Assembly (NCBI GenBank): GCA_036676985.1
Contig: JAKFBU010000039.1
Location: 96,001-160,000 of the forward strand
Source: Candidatus Sericytochromatia bacterium
GTDB lineage: Bacteria; Cyanobacteriota; Sericytochromatia; S15B-MN24; UBA4093
Direction: 5' to 3'
Length of the DNA stretch: 64,000 nt
Shown here: piece by piece, positions 18,901-27,881 of the stretch
How positions within the stretch are numbered: the first letter of the stretch is position 1
How the letters are laid out: each line of letters begins with the position of its first letter
Notes under the pieces: model-generated
The model's database searches: none
Seen by the model: only the letters and a program-made list of their open reading frames with translations
What the model was told of the DNA's origin: nothing
Position numbers and translations under genes: made by a program

Positions 18901-18951
18901 TGGCCCCCCTTTGGCAAGAGGGAAGGGCGATCGCCCTTCCCTCACGAGTGC

Positions 18952-19440
18952 CTAGCGCTGCTGGCGCTCTTCGACCTTGGACTCGGGCGCCATGGTGATC
19001 TTGAGCTTGGGCGCCGACCGCTGCGGTTTGCTCTGCTCGAGGCGCTCGCCCAGGCGCTGGAGCATCTGCTCGCCCAGGACCTGGCGGGCCTTGGGGAACA
19101 TCTCCTGCTCCTCTTCCTCCACGTGATCCGCGATGATCTGCTTGAGCTCCTTGATCTTGGCGACGAGCTGGTCGTCGCCGAGATCATCGGTCAGCGAGCC
19201 CAGGAGGTCCTTCATCTCCTGGTGCTCCTCGAGGGCATGCTTGATCATTCCCTCGTCCTTGCTGGCCTCACGGAAGGCCGGATAGAAGATCTCCTCCTCC
19301 TCCTGCGCATGCAGCTGCAGCTCCTGGTTGATCTCCTGCACGATCTTGAGCCGGGCGACCCGTGAATCCAGCTCCTCGAAGCGCGCGATCAGTTGCTCCA
19401 CCTTGCGGTGGTCCTCCATCAGATGCTTGACGGCGTCCAT
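18952..19440 (-). CDS. Hemerythrin-like (HHE) domain protein
   Basis: EDH, HAQEEEEIFYP, EEH and HVEEEEQEMFP. Confidence 0.9.
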   Translation of the reverse strand: MDAVKHLMEDHRKVEQLIARFEELDSRVARLKIVQEINQELQLHAQEEEEIFYPAFREASKDEGMIKHALEEHQEMKDLLGSLTDDLGDDQLVAKIKELKQIIADHVEEEEQEMFPKARQVLGEQMLQRLGERLEQSKPQRSAPKLKITMAPESKVEERQQR

Positions 19441-19535
19441 CGTGCCTCCTTCTCGCTAAAAGGCTCACCCTTCGTGCTAACCGTAACACGAGGGGTGAGC
19501 GAGGTTGAACAATCAGGCGACGCTTGGACAGCGGG

Positions 19536-20300
19536 CTAGAGCGGGCTCTTCTGGCCCGGAGTCAGCTCGCGCACCTTGATGTCGGTCCCCTTGAGGGCTT
19601 GGGTGAGCTCGGCAGGAGTGCCCTTCAGGAGCGGGAACGTGCCGTAGTGCATCGGAACCACCTGACTCACGCCGAGGTAGCGCGCCGCGACGGCTGCCTG
19701 AGCGGGATCGAGCGTGAAGTGGCCGCCGATGGGCAGCATGGCGACCTGCGGCTTGAAGACATCCCGCACGGCCTCGAAGTCGCGGGTCAGGCCCGTGTCA
19801 CCGGCATGCATGAGGGTGGGCTCCCCGTTGGCCTGCAGGATGAAGCCCACGGGCGTGCCGGCGTAGTGCGGGGGCTGCTCTCCGCCGCCGATGCTGCTCG
19901 AGTGGACGGCGGGCACCAGGGAGATGCGGATGCCCTTCACTTCGAAGGTGCCTCCGATGTTGCCGCCGATGCCGGGCGTGCCGCCCTTGGGCTGGAGCTG
20001 GCCGACCAGCTCGGCGCAACCGACCACCGGGGCCTTGAAGCGGGTGCTCAGGTCCGCGGCCGAGGACGAGTGGTCGAAGTGGCCGTGGCTGACGAGCACC
20101 GCGTCGACTCGATCGGGCCACTGGTAGCCCTTGGGGAACTTGGGGTTCTGCAGCCAGGGGTCGATGAGCACGCGGGTGCCGTCCTTGGCCTCGACGAGAA
20201 AGCCCGCGTGGCCGAGCCAGGTGACCTGCCAGGCATGGGCCGGGGCGGCCAGGGCGCAAACGCCGGCGACGGTGAGGGCTGCCAGGGTGCGTCGGAACAT
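19536..20300 (-). CDS. Metallo-beta-lactamase-fold hydrolase (UPF0173-like) with signal peptide
   Basis: WLGHA, LIDPW, SHGHFDH, HAGDT and PMHYGTFP; Sec signal ending AHA. Confidence 0.88.
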   Translation of the reverse strand: MFRRTLAALTVAGVCALAAPAHAWQVTWLGHAGFLVEAKDGTRVLIDPWLQNPKFPKGYQWPDRVDAVLVSHGHFDHSSSAADLSTRFKAPVVGCAELVGQLQPKGGTPGIGGNIGGTFEVKGIRISLVPAVHSSSIGGGEQPPHYAGTPVGFILQANGEPTLMHAGDTGLTRDFEAVRDVFKPQVAMLPIGGHFTLDPAQAAVAARYLGVSQVVPMHYGTFPLLKGTPAELTQALKGTDIKVRELTPGQKSPL

Positions 20301-20476
20301 GGGTCCTCCCTCCATTGAAAGCAAGAGACGGTTGATTGAACCATGTCCCGCCCGAGACCGCGACGCTCGACGTCGCCTCCCGGCCTCCCGGAGCGTCGGG
20401 GCTCGCTCGACCGGCCAGCCGGGGGAATTGGAGCTTCGAGCGTCTCAAACGGCACTTCATGCCGTATCATGGGAGC

Positions 20477-20851
20477 ATGCAACGCTGGTCGTCCATGCTG
20501 CTCGCCGTGCTCGTGCTCGCCCTCATGGGGCTGGCCCGCATGCCCGTGCCGTGCGTGGGCGACGGGGCGGGCCAGCATTGCACCGTCAACGCGTGCGCAT
20601 GCACCGACGCCTGCAGTTGCCGCCTCTCTTGCCAGGCCATGGCCTCCGACCCGCACTTCCTCTGCCGCATGGACCAGGGCGAAAAGGCACCGGCCCACTT
20701 TTCCCTGCCCGAGCCGCCGCCGGCCGTGCTCGGCGTGCGGATCGTCTGGCCGGCGCCGGTGGCCGCCGCCCCCGACCTGCCCGCCGCGGCCTCGTCCCGG
20801 GAGCCGCCCGTCCTCACCCTGCCCGAACCGCCCCCGCGCGCTCTTTCCTGA
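20477..20851 (+). CDS. Cys-rich exported leader-type protein with C-terminal polyproline motif (DUF2946/CutF-like)
   Basis: Hydrophobic N-terminus, 9 Cys, C-terminal LPEPPPRALS. Confidence 0.65.
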   Translation: MQRWSSMLLAVLVLALMGLARMPVPCVGDGAGQHCTVNACACTDACSCRLSCQAMASDPHFLCRMDQGEKAPAHFSLPEPPPAVLGVRIVWPAPVAAAPDLPAAASSREPPVLTLPEPPPRALS

Positions 20852-20889
20852 TCAGACTTCCCTTCGCTAATCAGAAAGAGAGATCGGTC

Positions 20890-21828
20890 ATGAGACATGT
20901 CGTCTCGGGCCTGGCTGCTGCTTCGATCGCCTTGGCGATCGGCGGAGGCCCGGCCCTGGCATGCGGCACCTGCGCATGCTCGGTGAACATGAGCGAGGTC
21001 GGCGCCCTGGGGGGCGGCTCCAACCTCTACCAGCGCTCGAATCGCTTCCTCCTCCAGCAAGACGTCTCCTATCGGAGCGTCAACGGCACCTTCAACGACC
21101 AGGGCACCCTGCGCGACATCCCCATGGGATCGTCGATCCAGGCCATGCAGGCCACCTTCGGCCTCGCCTACTTCGCCACCCCCGAGTTCCTGATCGGCGT
21201 GCAGGCGCCCCTGCTCGGCAACATGTACCAGGGCGCCGCACCGGGCTCCTTCGGGACGGTGGGGCTGCTCGAGGCTGACAGCCGGGCTGCCTTCTTCGGG
21301 GACGTATCCCTGCAGGCCGCCTACCGCTTCCTGCCGGGCAACGGCCCCTGGCCCGCCCTCGGGATCTGGGCCGGCAGCCTTGCACCCACCGGGCGTGCGG
21401 CCGGGATCGACGCCGAGATCACGGGCGCCGGCGTCTGGAACGCCACGGCCGGCGCCACCGCCACGGGTGAGAGCGGCGCGTGGAGCTACGAGGGCAGCCT
21501 CGGCTACCAGCGCCCCCTCGGCACGCCCGTGGGCCAGGCGACCAACTACTTCATCGGAGACGCGGTGATCTTCCAGGCCACGGGCGGCTACCAGCTCGAC
21601 GAGAGCTGGAAGCTCGGCCTCGGCCTCAGCGGCTACCGCGGGCAGAGTCAGCAGCCGACGGGCAGCGCCATTGCCATGAGCAACGTCAAGGTCGTGCCGA
21701 GCGTGACCTACTCGTTCTCGCCGGACATGTCCGTGCGCCTGGGCATCGGCTTCACGCCGGGCTACGTGGCGCGCAACGCCCTCAGCGACCTGTCCGCCTA
21801 CTGCACGTTCTACCAGTACATGAACTAG
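20890..21828 (+). CDS. Outer-membrane beta-barrel channel with N-terminal CGTCAC motif
   Basis: Signal peptide ending ALA followed by CGTCAC; GDVSL..YR and APTG patterns; amphipathic strands. Confidence 0.7.
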   Translation: MRHVVSGLAAASIALAIGGGPALACGTCACSVNMSEVGALGGGSNLYQRSNRFLLQQDVSYRSVNGTFNDQGTLRDIPMGSSIQAMQATFGLAYFATPEFLIGVQAPLLGNMYQGAAPGSFGTVGLLEADSRAAFFGDVSLQAAYRFLPGNGPWPALGIWAGSLAPTGRAAGIDAEITGAGVWNATAGATATGESGAWSYEGSLGYQRPLGTPVGQATNYFIGDAVIFQATGGYQLDESWKLGLGLSGYRGQSQQPTGSAIAMSNVKVVPSVTYSFSPDMSVRLGIGFTPGYVARNALSDLSAYCTFYQYMN

Positions 21829-21842
21829 CCGAAAGGAACATC

Positions 21843-22997
21843 ATGAAATCGATTATTCGCATCGCCCCGGCGCTCGGGGTGGTGCTCGTCCTCGGCTGCC
21901 AACCCAAGCTCCCCCACGACGGCACTCCGGCGGACGGGACCTCCGTCCAGGGCGTCAAATCGGTGGCTGCCATGGCGCACGTGCCCACGACCCGCTCGCC
22001 GCACGGCATCGCCTACGCCAACGGGCGGGCCTACGTGTGCAACGTGGGCTCCAACGTGCTCACGATGATCGACGGGGCCTCCGGCACCAAGCTCGCGGAC
22101 CTCACGGTCCAGCAGGGGCCGACCTACGCGGCTGCGAGCCACGACGGCACTCGGGTGTACGTGGCGAACGGCGCCTCGGGCAGCCTGAGCGTGGTCGACG
22201 GCGCCCAGGCCGTGACGCACGTCGAGGGCTTGGGCAGCAAGCCCGACAAGGTCCACGACACGGCGGACGGTCGCTATGCCTACGTCACGCTGGTCGGCGA
22301 GACCAACCTCGCCCGCGTCGACCTCCAGGCCACCCCGCCCACGGTGTCCAAGATCGCCGTCGGGCCCGCCGAGGGGCACCGCTCCTTGATCGTGCTGGAC
22401 GACATGGCGATCACCCCGGATTCCGCGGGCAACACCGTCCACCTCGTCGACCACACCACGCAGACGCCGACCCCCGTCACGGTGGGCACCAAGCCCAACG
22501 CCATGGCCGTCGGCAGCTACAGTGCGGACGGCGCGACCCGGCGCGTGCTCGTGGTGGGCAACGGCGGGTCCAACACGGCGTCGCTCATCGATCTGGCGAC
22601 CAAGGCCGTGGTGAAGACGCTGGACGTGGGGATCGCGCCCTCCGACGCGGTCGCCGTGGGCAAGCACGTGTACCTGACGAACTCCGGCTCGAACACGGTC
22701 TCGGTCATCGACGTGCAGGAGCAGAAGGTCGCAACCACGGTCCAGGTCGGAAGCAAGCCGGTCCACCCCTTCGTGGCGCCCGCGGGCGGCGGCGGTCCGG
22801 CGAGCCAGGTCTGGGTCGGCAACGACGGGGAGTCGTTCGTGTCGATCATCGACACGGCGACCAACGCGGTCTTCGCCAAGGTCGAGTGCCAGGCGGGGCA
22901 CCACAAGATGACCTTCTCGCCCGACGGAAAGAAGGCGTTCATCACCAACATCGCCTCGAACTCGGTGTCGGTCATCGACCGGACGACCATCAAGTAA
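21843..22997 (+). CDS. YVTN/YncE-type beta-propeller lipoprotein
   Basis: Lipobox VLGC; repeats such as VYVAN, VYLTNSGSNTVSVID and FITNIASNSVSVID. Confidence 0.88.
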   Translation: MKSIIRIAPALGVVLVLGCQPKLPHDGTPADGTSVQGVKSVAAMAHVPTTRSPHGIAYANGRAYVCNVGSNVLTMIDGASGTKLADLTVQQGPTYAAASHDGTRVYVANGASGSLSVVDGAQAVTHVEGLGSKPDKVHDTADGRYAYVTLVGETNLARVDLQATPPTVSKIAVGPAEGHRSLIVLDDMAITPDSAGNTVHLVDHTTQTPTPVTVGTKPNAMAVGSYSADGATRRVLVVGNGGSNTASLIDLATKAVVKTLDVGIAPSDAVAVGKHVYLTNSGSNTVSVIDVQEQKVATTVQVGSKPVHPFVAPAGGGGPASQVWVGNDGESFVSIIDTATNAVFAKVECQAGHHKMTFSPDGKKAFITNIASNSVSVIDRTTIK

Positions 22998-23003
22998 GGC
23001 AAG

Positions 23004-23028
23004 AGGGGGCGGCAAATGCCGCCCCCTT
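23004..23028 (+). terminator. Terminator-like hairpin
   Basis: AGGGGGCGGCA-AA-TGCCGCCCCCT just after the stop codon. Confidence 0.65.
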
Positions 23029-23061
23029 CGTCTATCTTCCGGTTGATGGATGGGATAGGGA

Positions 23062-23138
23062 GTCATCCCGGCGAAAGCCGGGATCCAGGATCTACTCTGG
23101 GCTCGTCTACCCTGGACCCCGGCATGCGCCGGGGAGAC
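23062..23138. repeat. REP-like doublet, copy 1
   Basis: GTCATCCCGGCGAAAGCCGGGATCCAG facing an inverted unit CTGGACCCCGGC..GCCGGGGAGAC; related copy at 42710. Confidence 0.75.
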
Positions 23139-23172
23139 GGCCAACCGCTTGCGAATGAACCGAACCCTGTGA

Positions 23173-23616
23173 CTAGATCAGCGTCTTGACGATGTCCGTG
23201 CGGCTGATGATGCCCACCAGCGCACCCGCCGCGTCCACGACGGGCAGGCGATCGACCTTCTTGTCGACCATGAGGGAGGCCGCCTCGCTGATGTCCGCCT
23301 CGGGCCGGATGGTGACGGCCGGGGCCGTCATGATGGCCCCTACCCGGGCGCCCACCGTCTTCCGGATCTCCTCCCGGAAGTGGCCCGGGATCTCCATCGG
23401 GATGACGGCGTCGAGGATGGTCACGAAGGCGGGCGGCTTGATGGGCCGATCGCGATACATCAGGTCGCTCTCCGAGACCACGCCCACGACGCGATCGCCC
23501 TCCACCACCGGAAACCCGCCCACCGGGTGCTCTTTCCAGAGATCCAACAGCTCCTGGACGCGCGCGTCCTTGGCAATGGCGATCGCCGGACTGGTCATGA
23601 TCTCACCTACACGCAT
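23173..23616 (-). CDS. CBS-pair domain protein
   Basis: VGEIMT...FPVV..VVGVVSESD and IMT...LPVVD..LVGIISRTD. Confidence 0.92.
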   Translation of the reverse strand: MRVGEIMTSPAIAIAKDARVQELLDLWKEHPVGGFPVVEGDRVVGVVSESDLMYRDRPIKPPAFVTILDAVIPMEIPGHFREEIRKTVGARVGAIMTAPAVTIRPEADISEAASLMVDKKVDRLPVVDAAGALVGIISRTDIVKTLI

Positions 23617-23624
23617 AGCTCCTC

Positions 23625-24170
23625 CTAGAACCGACCGAGACGCCCGCCACCGGTGCCTGCCAGGCCGAAAAACAGGTCGATCACCACGACCGCGAGCAGC
23701 ACCCGCAGGCCCACCGAGCCGAACATGGCAAAGAAGCCTTCCATGCCGTCCTTGAGCGCGCGGTCGAAGCGCTGTCCCTTGTGCCCGCTGAACTGCACGG
23801 CCACCGTGCCCACGAGCACGCCGAGCAGCATCCAGAGCGCGCCGCCGAAGAGGAAGAGGCCGATCATGCCCCCGATGAGGCCGCCCCAGACGGTGTTCTG
23901 ACCGATCCAGCCGAAGCGCAGGTGCAGGCGCTCGCTGATGGTCTCGAGGCTTAGCCCGAGGGCCGCCAAGGCGACGATGAGCCCGAAGACCACCCAGCCC
24001 GTCGTCGAGAGCTGCCAGCCCGTCTGGTAGGCCTGCCAGAGGCCGTAGCCCACCGCGGTCAGGCTCACGAGCGCGAAGCCCACGGTCTGACGGCGGACGG
24101 CCAGGACCAGGCCCACCATCATCAGGACGAGGGCGAGGGGATAGAGATAGGAAAGCAACGAAGTCGGCAC
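23625..24170 (-). CDS. DUF456-like membrane protein
   Basis: GTG after GAGGAGGA; several TMs with WGGLIGGMIGLF. Confidence 0.7.
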   Translation of the reverse strand: MPTSLLSYLYPLALVLMMVGLVLAVRRQTVGFALVSLTAVGYGLWQAYQTGWQLSTTGWVVFGLIVALAALGLSLETISERLHLRFGWIGQNTVWGGLIGGMIGLFLFGGALWMLLGVLVGTVAVQFSGHKGQRFDRALKDGMEGFFAMFGSVGLRVLLAVVVIDLFFGLAGTGGGRLGRF

Positions 24171-24195
24171 GATATTCCTCCTCATGGACGCGGCC

Positions 24196-24224
24196 ATTGT
24201 AAGCGTTCGAGCGATGGTCGGCAA
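24196..24224 (-). promoter_or_regulatory. Sigma70-type promoter TTGCCG-N17-TACAAT
   Basis: Near-consensus hexamers with 17-bp spacer upstream of the 24170 start. Confidence 0.6.
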
Positions 24225-24247
24225 CAGCCGTTAGGGATAAGGAGTCG

Positions 24248-24358
24248 TTCGCACTTCGAGAGCCTCAGTGTGAACGGTTGTTGTGGGTGTGCGAACTAAT
24301 GACAACCGTTCCCCTTAGTCTGCCACCAAAGCGAAACGGCCGGGCAAATGCCCGGCCG
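24248..24358. ncRNA. Candidate structured small RNA of unknown family
   Basis: Long hairpin AACGGTTGTT/GACAACCGTT, outer TTCGC/GCGAA pairing and a terminal GC hairpin in a lower-GC intergenic gap. Confidence 0.3.
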
Positions 24359-24375
24359 AGGTCGCATGAGGCTAG

Positions 24376-25362
24376 CTAGACCCGGGTGGCGAGGCGAAAG
24401 GAGTTGCGCTCCAGGGCCATCTTCAGGATTCGGTCGAGCATCTCGGGGAGCATGATCCCCGCCGCCCGGGCCGCCTTGGGCAGGAGGCTGTTCTCCGTGA
24501 GGCCGGGGATGGTGTTGGTCTCGAGCACGAAGATCTCGCCCGCCTCCGTGATGCGCATGTCCGTGCGCGACATGCCCCAGCAGCCGAGGGCACGGTGCGC
24601 CCGGACGGCGAGGTCCTGGATGCGCGCCGTCAGCTCCGGCGAGATGCGCGCGGGCACGATCTCGTCCGAGGCCCCCGCCTTGTACTTGGCCTCGAAGTCG
24701 AACCACTCGGTCTTGGGGACGATCTCGACCACGGGCAGGGCCTCGACCCTGGAGCCGCCGAGGACGCCGCAGGTCACCTCGAGGCCGGGCACGAAGCGCT
24801 CGACCAGCAGCTCCGGAGACAGCTTGCCGGCCTCCTGCCACGCGGGCACGAACTCCTCGGGCGATCGCACGATGTAGACGCCGAAGCTCGAGCCCTGGTT
24901 GTCCGCCTTGAGGACCACGGGCCAGCCGAAGGCCTGGCCCACCTGGTCCCGGGCCGCCTCCGGGGAGACGCCCGGCTCGACGCGCAAGTCGTAGGTGAAG
25001 GAGTCCGCCGTCGGGATCCCCGCCTGGCGGTAGACCTCCTTGGTGCGGGCCTTGTTCATCGCCAGCGCGCTCGCGAGCACGCCCGAGCCCGTGTAGGGGA
25101 TGCCGTACAGCTCGAGCAGGCCCTGGAGCGTGCCGTCCTCGCCGCCCGCCCCGTGGATGGCGATGAAGACGACGTCCGTCGACTGCTTGAGGTCGAGCCA
25201 CTGGCGGGTGCCGCCCGGCAGGAACTCGTTGAGGTCGTAGACGGCGACCTCGTAGGCCTCCGGGTCGAGGTTGCGGCGGACCATCTCGCAGGACCAGCTC
25301 GACACCTCACGCTCGGTGGAGAACCCGCCCCACAGGACGGCAACCCGGGTCTTCTCGGTCAT
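24376..25362 (-). CDS. ddl: D-alanine--D-alanine ligase
   Basis: GGFSTEREVS, IHGAGGEDGTLQGLLE, GSSFGV, FDFEAKY and ETNTIPG. Confidence 0.95.
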   Translation of the reverse strand: MTEKTRVAVLWGGFSTEREVSSWSCEMVRRNLDPEAYEVAVYDLNEFLPGGTRQWLDLKQSTDVVFIAIHGAGGEDGTLQGLLELYGIPYTGSGVLASALAMNKARTKEVYRQAGIPTADSFTYDLRVEPGVSPEAARDQVGQAFGWPVVLKADNQGSSFGVYIVRSPEEFVPAWQEAGKLSPELLVERFVPGLEVTCGVLGGSRVEALPVVEIVPKTEWFDFEAKYKAGASDEIVPARISPELTARIQDLAVRAHRALGCWGMSRTDMRITEAGEIFVLETNTIPGLTENSLLPKAARAAGIMLPEMLDRILKMALERNSFRLATRV

Positions 25363-26802
25363 TTACGCTCCTTGCGCGTAGGTCCGGCCGGCCTCCAAGA
25401 GGCTGCGGACGTGGTCATGGGTGGGGGCCTCCGAGTAGATGCGGAGCAGGGGCTCGGTGCCGGACGCCCGGAAAAGGAGCCACGCCCCGTTGTCGAAGTT
25501 GAACTTCACGCCGTCCAGGGTCTCGATGCCCGTGACGGCGAGGCCCGCGAAGGTCGCGGGGGGATTGGCCTTGAGGGTCGCGAGCACCCGATCCTTGGCG
25601 GCGTTGTCCGTCAGGTGCAGGTCGATGCGATCGTACTTGTGGGGGCCGTACTTGGCCTCGAGCCGACCGATCAGCTCGCCGAGGGTCGCCTGGCGCTTGG
25701 CCATGATCTCGAGCAGCAGGAGCGCGCACAGGATGCCGTCCCGCTCGGGGATGTGGTTCTTGATGCCGATGCCGCCCGACTCCTCGCCGCCCAGGAGGAT
25801 GTCCTCGGCGACCATCAGGTCGCAGATGTATTTGAAGCCGATGGGCGTCTCGTGCAGCGGAAGGCCGTACTCCGCGGCCATCTTCCCGACCATGCGTGAG
25901 GTCGAGAAGGTGCGGATGACGCCGCCCTTCCAGCCCTTGTCCTCGACCAGGTGCTGGAGGATGAGGCTCAGGATCTGGTGCGAGTTGACGAACTCGCCCG
26001 TGGCGTCCACCGCCCCCACCCGGTCCGCGTCGCCGTCGCAGGCGAGGCCCACCGTCAGGGGACGGGCTTTGGCGGTCTCGCGGGTCTGGGCGGCGAGCTC
26101 CTGAAGGTTGGGCGCGATGGGCTCGGGGTTGGTCCCGTTGAAGCCGGGGTTCGCCTCGCCGTGCAGCTCGGTGATCTCCAGGCCCGCCTCGGCCAGCAAG
26201 GTGCGCAGGTAGCCCGAGCCCGCGCCGTACATGGGGTCATGCAGGACCGAGAGGCCGGCCTTGGCGATCGCCCCCGTGTCGACCATGCGCTTGAGCTGGG
26301 CGAAGTAGCCCGCGCGCGGGTCGAAGGTCTCGATGGGCTCGCCGCCGTACGCCTTGGGCGCGCGCACGGTCTTGAGGGCCGCCTCGACGCGGGCCGTGAG
26401 CTCGGGCGAGGCCGAGCCGCCGTAGTGGGCCTTGATCTTGAAGCCGTTGTACTCGGGCGGGTTGTGGCTCGCCGTGAGCATGATGGCGCCGATGGCACCC
26501 TGCTCCTTGACGCTCCAGCTGATGGCCGGGCTCGAGCAGTGGCGCTCGGAGAGGATGACGCGGAAGCCGTTGGCGGCCATGACCTCGGCCGCGGCCCGGG
26601 CGAACTGGTTGGACAAGAAGCGGGTGTCGAAGCCCACCATCACCGGGCGCGTCGCGAGCTCGCCCGCGAACTCCTGGCTCCAGACTTCGGCGAGCGCCTG
26701 GGCCACCAGGCGCACGTTGTCGAAGGTGAACTCCTGGGCGATGACGGCGCGCCAGCCGTCGGTCCCGAACTTGATGGCGGGGGTCGCTTCTTGCGTCAGC
26801 AT
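25363..26802 (-). CDS. Phosphoglucomutase/phosphomannomutase
   Basis: IKFGTDGWR, TASHNP, DGDADR, GEESGG and RASGTEP; start moved to ATG 26802. Confidence 0.93.
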   Translation of the reverse strand: MLTQEATPAIKFGTDGWRAVIAQEFTFDNVRLVAQALAEVWSQEFAGELATRPVMVGFDTRFLSNQFARAAAEVMAANGFRVILSERHCSSPAISWSVKEQGAIGAIMLTASHNPPEYNGFKIKAHYGGSASPELTARVEAALKTVRAPKAYGGEPIETFDPRAGYFAQLKRMVDTGAIAKAGLSVLHDPMYGAGSGYLRTLLAEAGLEITELHGEANPGFNGTNPEPIAPNLQELAAQTRETAKARPLTVGLACDGDADRVGAVDATGEFVNSHQILSLILQHLVEDKGWKGGVIRTFSTSRMVGKMAAEYGLPLHETPIGFKYICDLMVAEDILLGGEESGGIGIKNHIPERDGILCALLLLEIMAKRQATLGELIGRLEAKYGPHKYDRIDLHLTDNAAKDRVLATLKANPPATFAGLAVTGIETLDGVKFNFDNGAWLLFRASGTEPLLRIYSEAPTHDHVRSLLEAGRTYAQGA

Positions 26803-26810
26803 GCAGGCTC

Positions 26811-27881
26811 CTAGTTGGCGATGCGGGTGCCCTTGCCGACCACCGAGTCGTCGGCGAGGACCATGTTGTGGCCGAGGGAGGCGTGGGCGCCGATGGTGCA
26901 GTTGCGGCCGACGATGCAGCGCTCGAGGGTCGCCTCCTCGCCGATGGTGCTGCCGGCGCCGACGAGCGATCGCTCGAGCACCGCCCGATCGTCCAGCACC
27001 ACGCCGCTGCCGAGCACGGAGTACTCGTGCAGCTTGGCCTTCTTGCGGACCTTGGAGCCGTGGCCGATGTAGACCGGGCCGCGCACGTCGGCGCTGTCGT
27101 CCAGGTCCACGTCCTCGCCCACCCACAGGCCCGGCTTGAGCTCGGTGCCTGGCATGTTGACCTTGACGCGCTTCTGGAGCACGTCCGTGTGGGCCTGCAT
27201 GTACTTCAAGGGGCTGCCGATGTCGAGCCAGTAGGAGTCGGTCACATGCCCCGAGAGGCGCTCGTCGAGCTGCAAGAGCAGCGGGAAGAGGCCGCGCTCG
27301 AAGCTGTAGGCCTCGTTCTTGGGGACGTAGCGGAAGACGTCCGGGTCGAGGACGTAGATGCCGGCGTTGACCGTGTCCACGTTGAGGGCCCGGGCCTCGT
27401 CCATGGTGGGCTTCTCGAGGAAGCGCGTGATCCGGGTGTCGTCCATCATCACCAGGCCGTAGGCCGTGGGGTCCTCGACCCGGATGAGCGTGAGGGTCGC
27501 CCGCGCCTTGGAGTCCCGGTGGGTCTTGAGCACCGCCGAGAGGTCCACGTCCGTGAGGATGTCCCCGTTGAAGACGAGCATGGGCTCGTCGTCGAAGAAC
27601 TCCTCGGCGTTCTTGACGGCCCCGGCCGTGCCGAGCGCCTTGTCCTCGAGGCTGTAGTACAGCTTGACGCCTAACTTGGAGCCGTCGCCGAGCACGTCCT
27701 TGATGGTGTCGGACAGGTAGTGCAGGTTGATGACGATGTCCTTGATGCCGTGGTCCCGCAGCAGCTCGATCTGGTACTGCAGGAACGGCTTGCCGAACAG
27801 GGGCACCATGGGCTTCGGCGTGTTGTACGTCAGGGGGCGAAGGCGGGTGCCGGAGCCCCCGGCGATGATGACAGCACGCAT
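26811..27881 (-). CDS. Sugar-phosphate nucleotidyltransferase (mannose-1-phosphate guanylyltransferase-like)
   Basis: AGGSGTRLRPLT..PKPM, LGTAGA and NGDI, plus C-terminal hexapeptide repeats. Confidence 0.92.
   Translation of the reverse strand: MRAVIIAGGSGTRLRPLTYNTPKPMVPLFGKPFLQYQIELLRDHGIKDIVINLHYLSDTIKDVLGDGSKLGVKLYYSLEDKALGTAGAVKNAEEFFDDEPMLVFNGDILTDVDLSAVLKTHRDSKARATLTLIRVEDPTAYGLVMMDDTRITRFLEKPTMDEARALNVDTVNAGIYVLDPDVFRYVPKNEAYSFERGLFPLLLQLDERLSGHVTDSYWLDIGSPLKYMQAHTDVLQKRVKVNMPGTELKPGLWVGEDVDLDDSADVRGPVYIGHGSKVRKKAKLHEYSVLGSGVVLDDRAVLERSLVGAGSTIGEEATLERCIVGRNCTIGAHASLGHNMVLADDSVVGKGTRIAN

Noticed and set aside
24225-24360. Assignment to 6S, SRP or Yfr1 RNA
   Set aside because: No SRP GGAA-loop motif, no exact Yfr1 ACTCCTCACAC, and shorter than typical 6S; left as an unassigned candidate.
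26803-27126. Arg-rich N-terminal extension on the phosphomannomutase
   Set aside because: Off-frame overlap with the nucleotidyltransferase; the true start is ATG 26802 after AGGAG.
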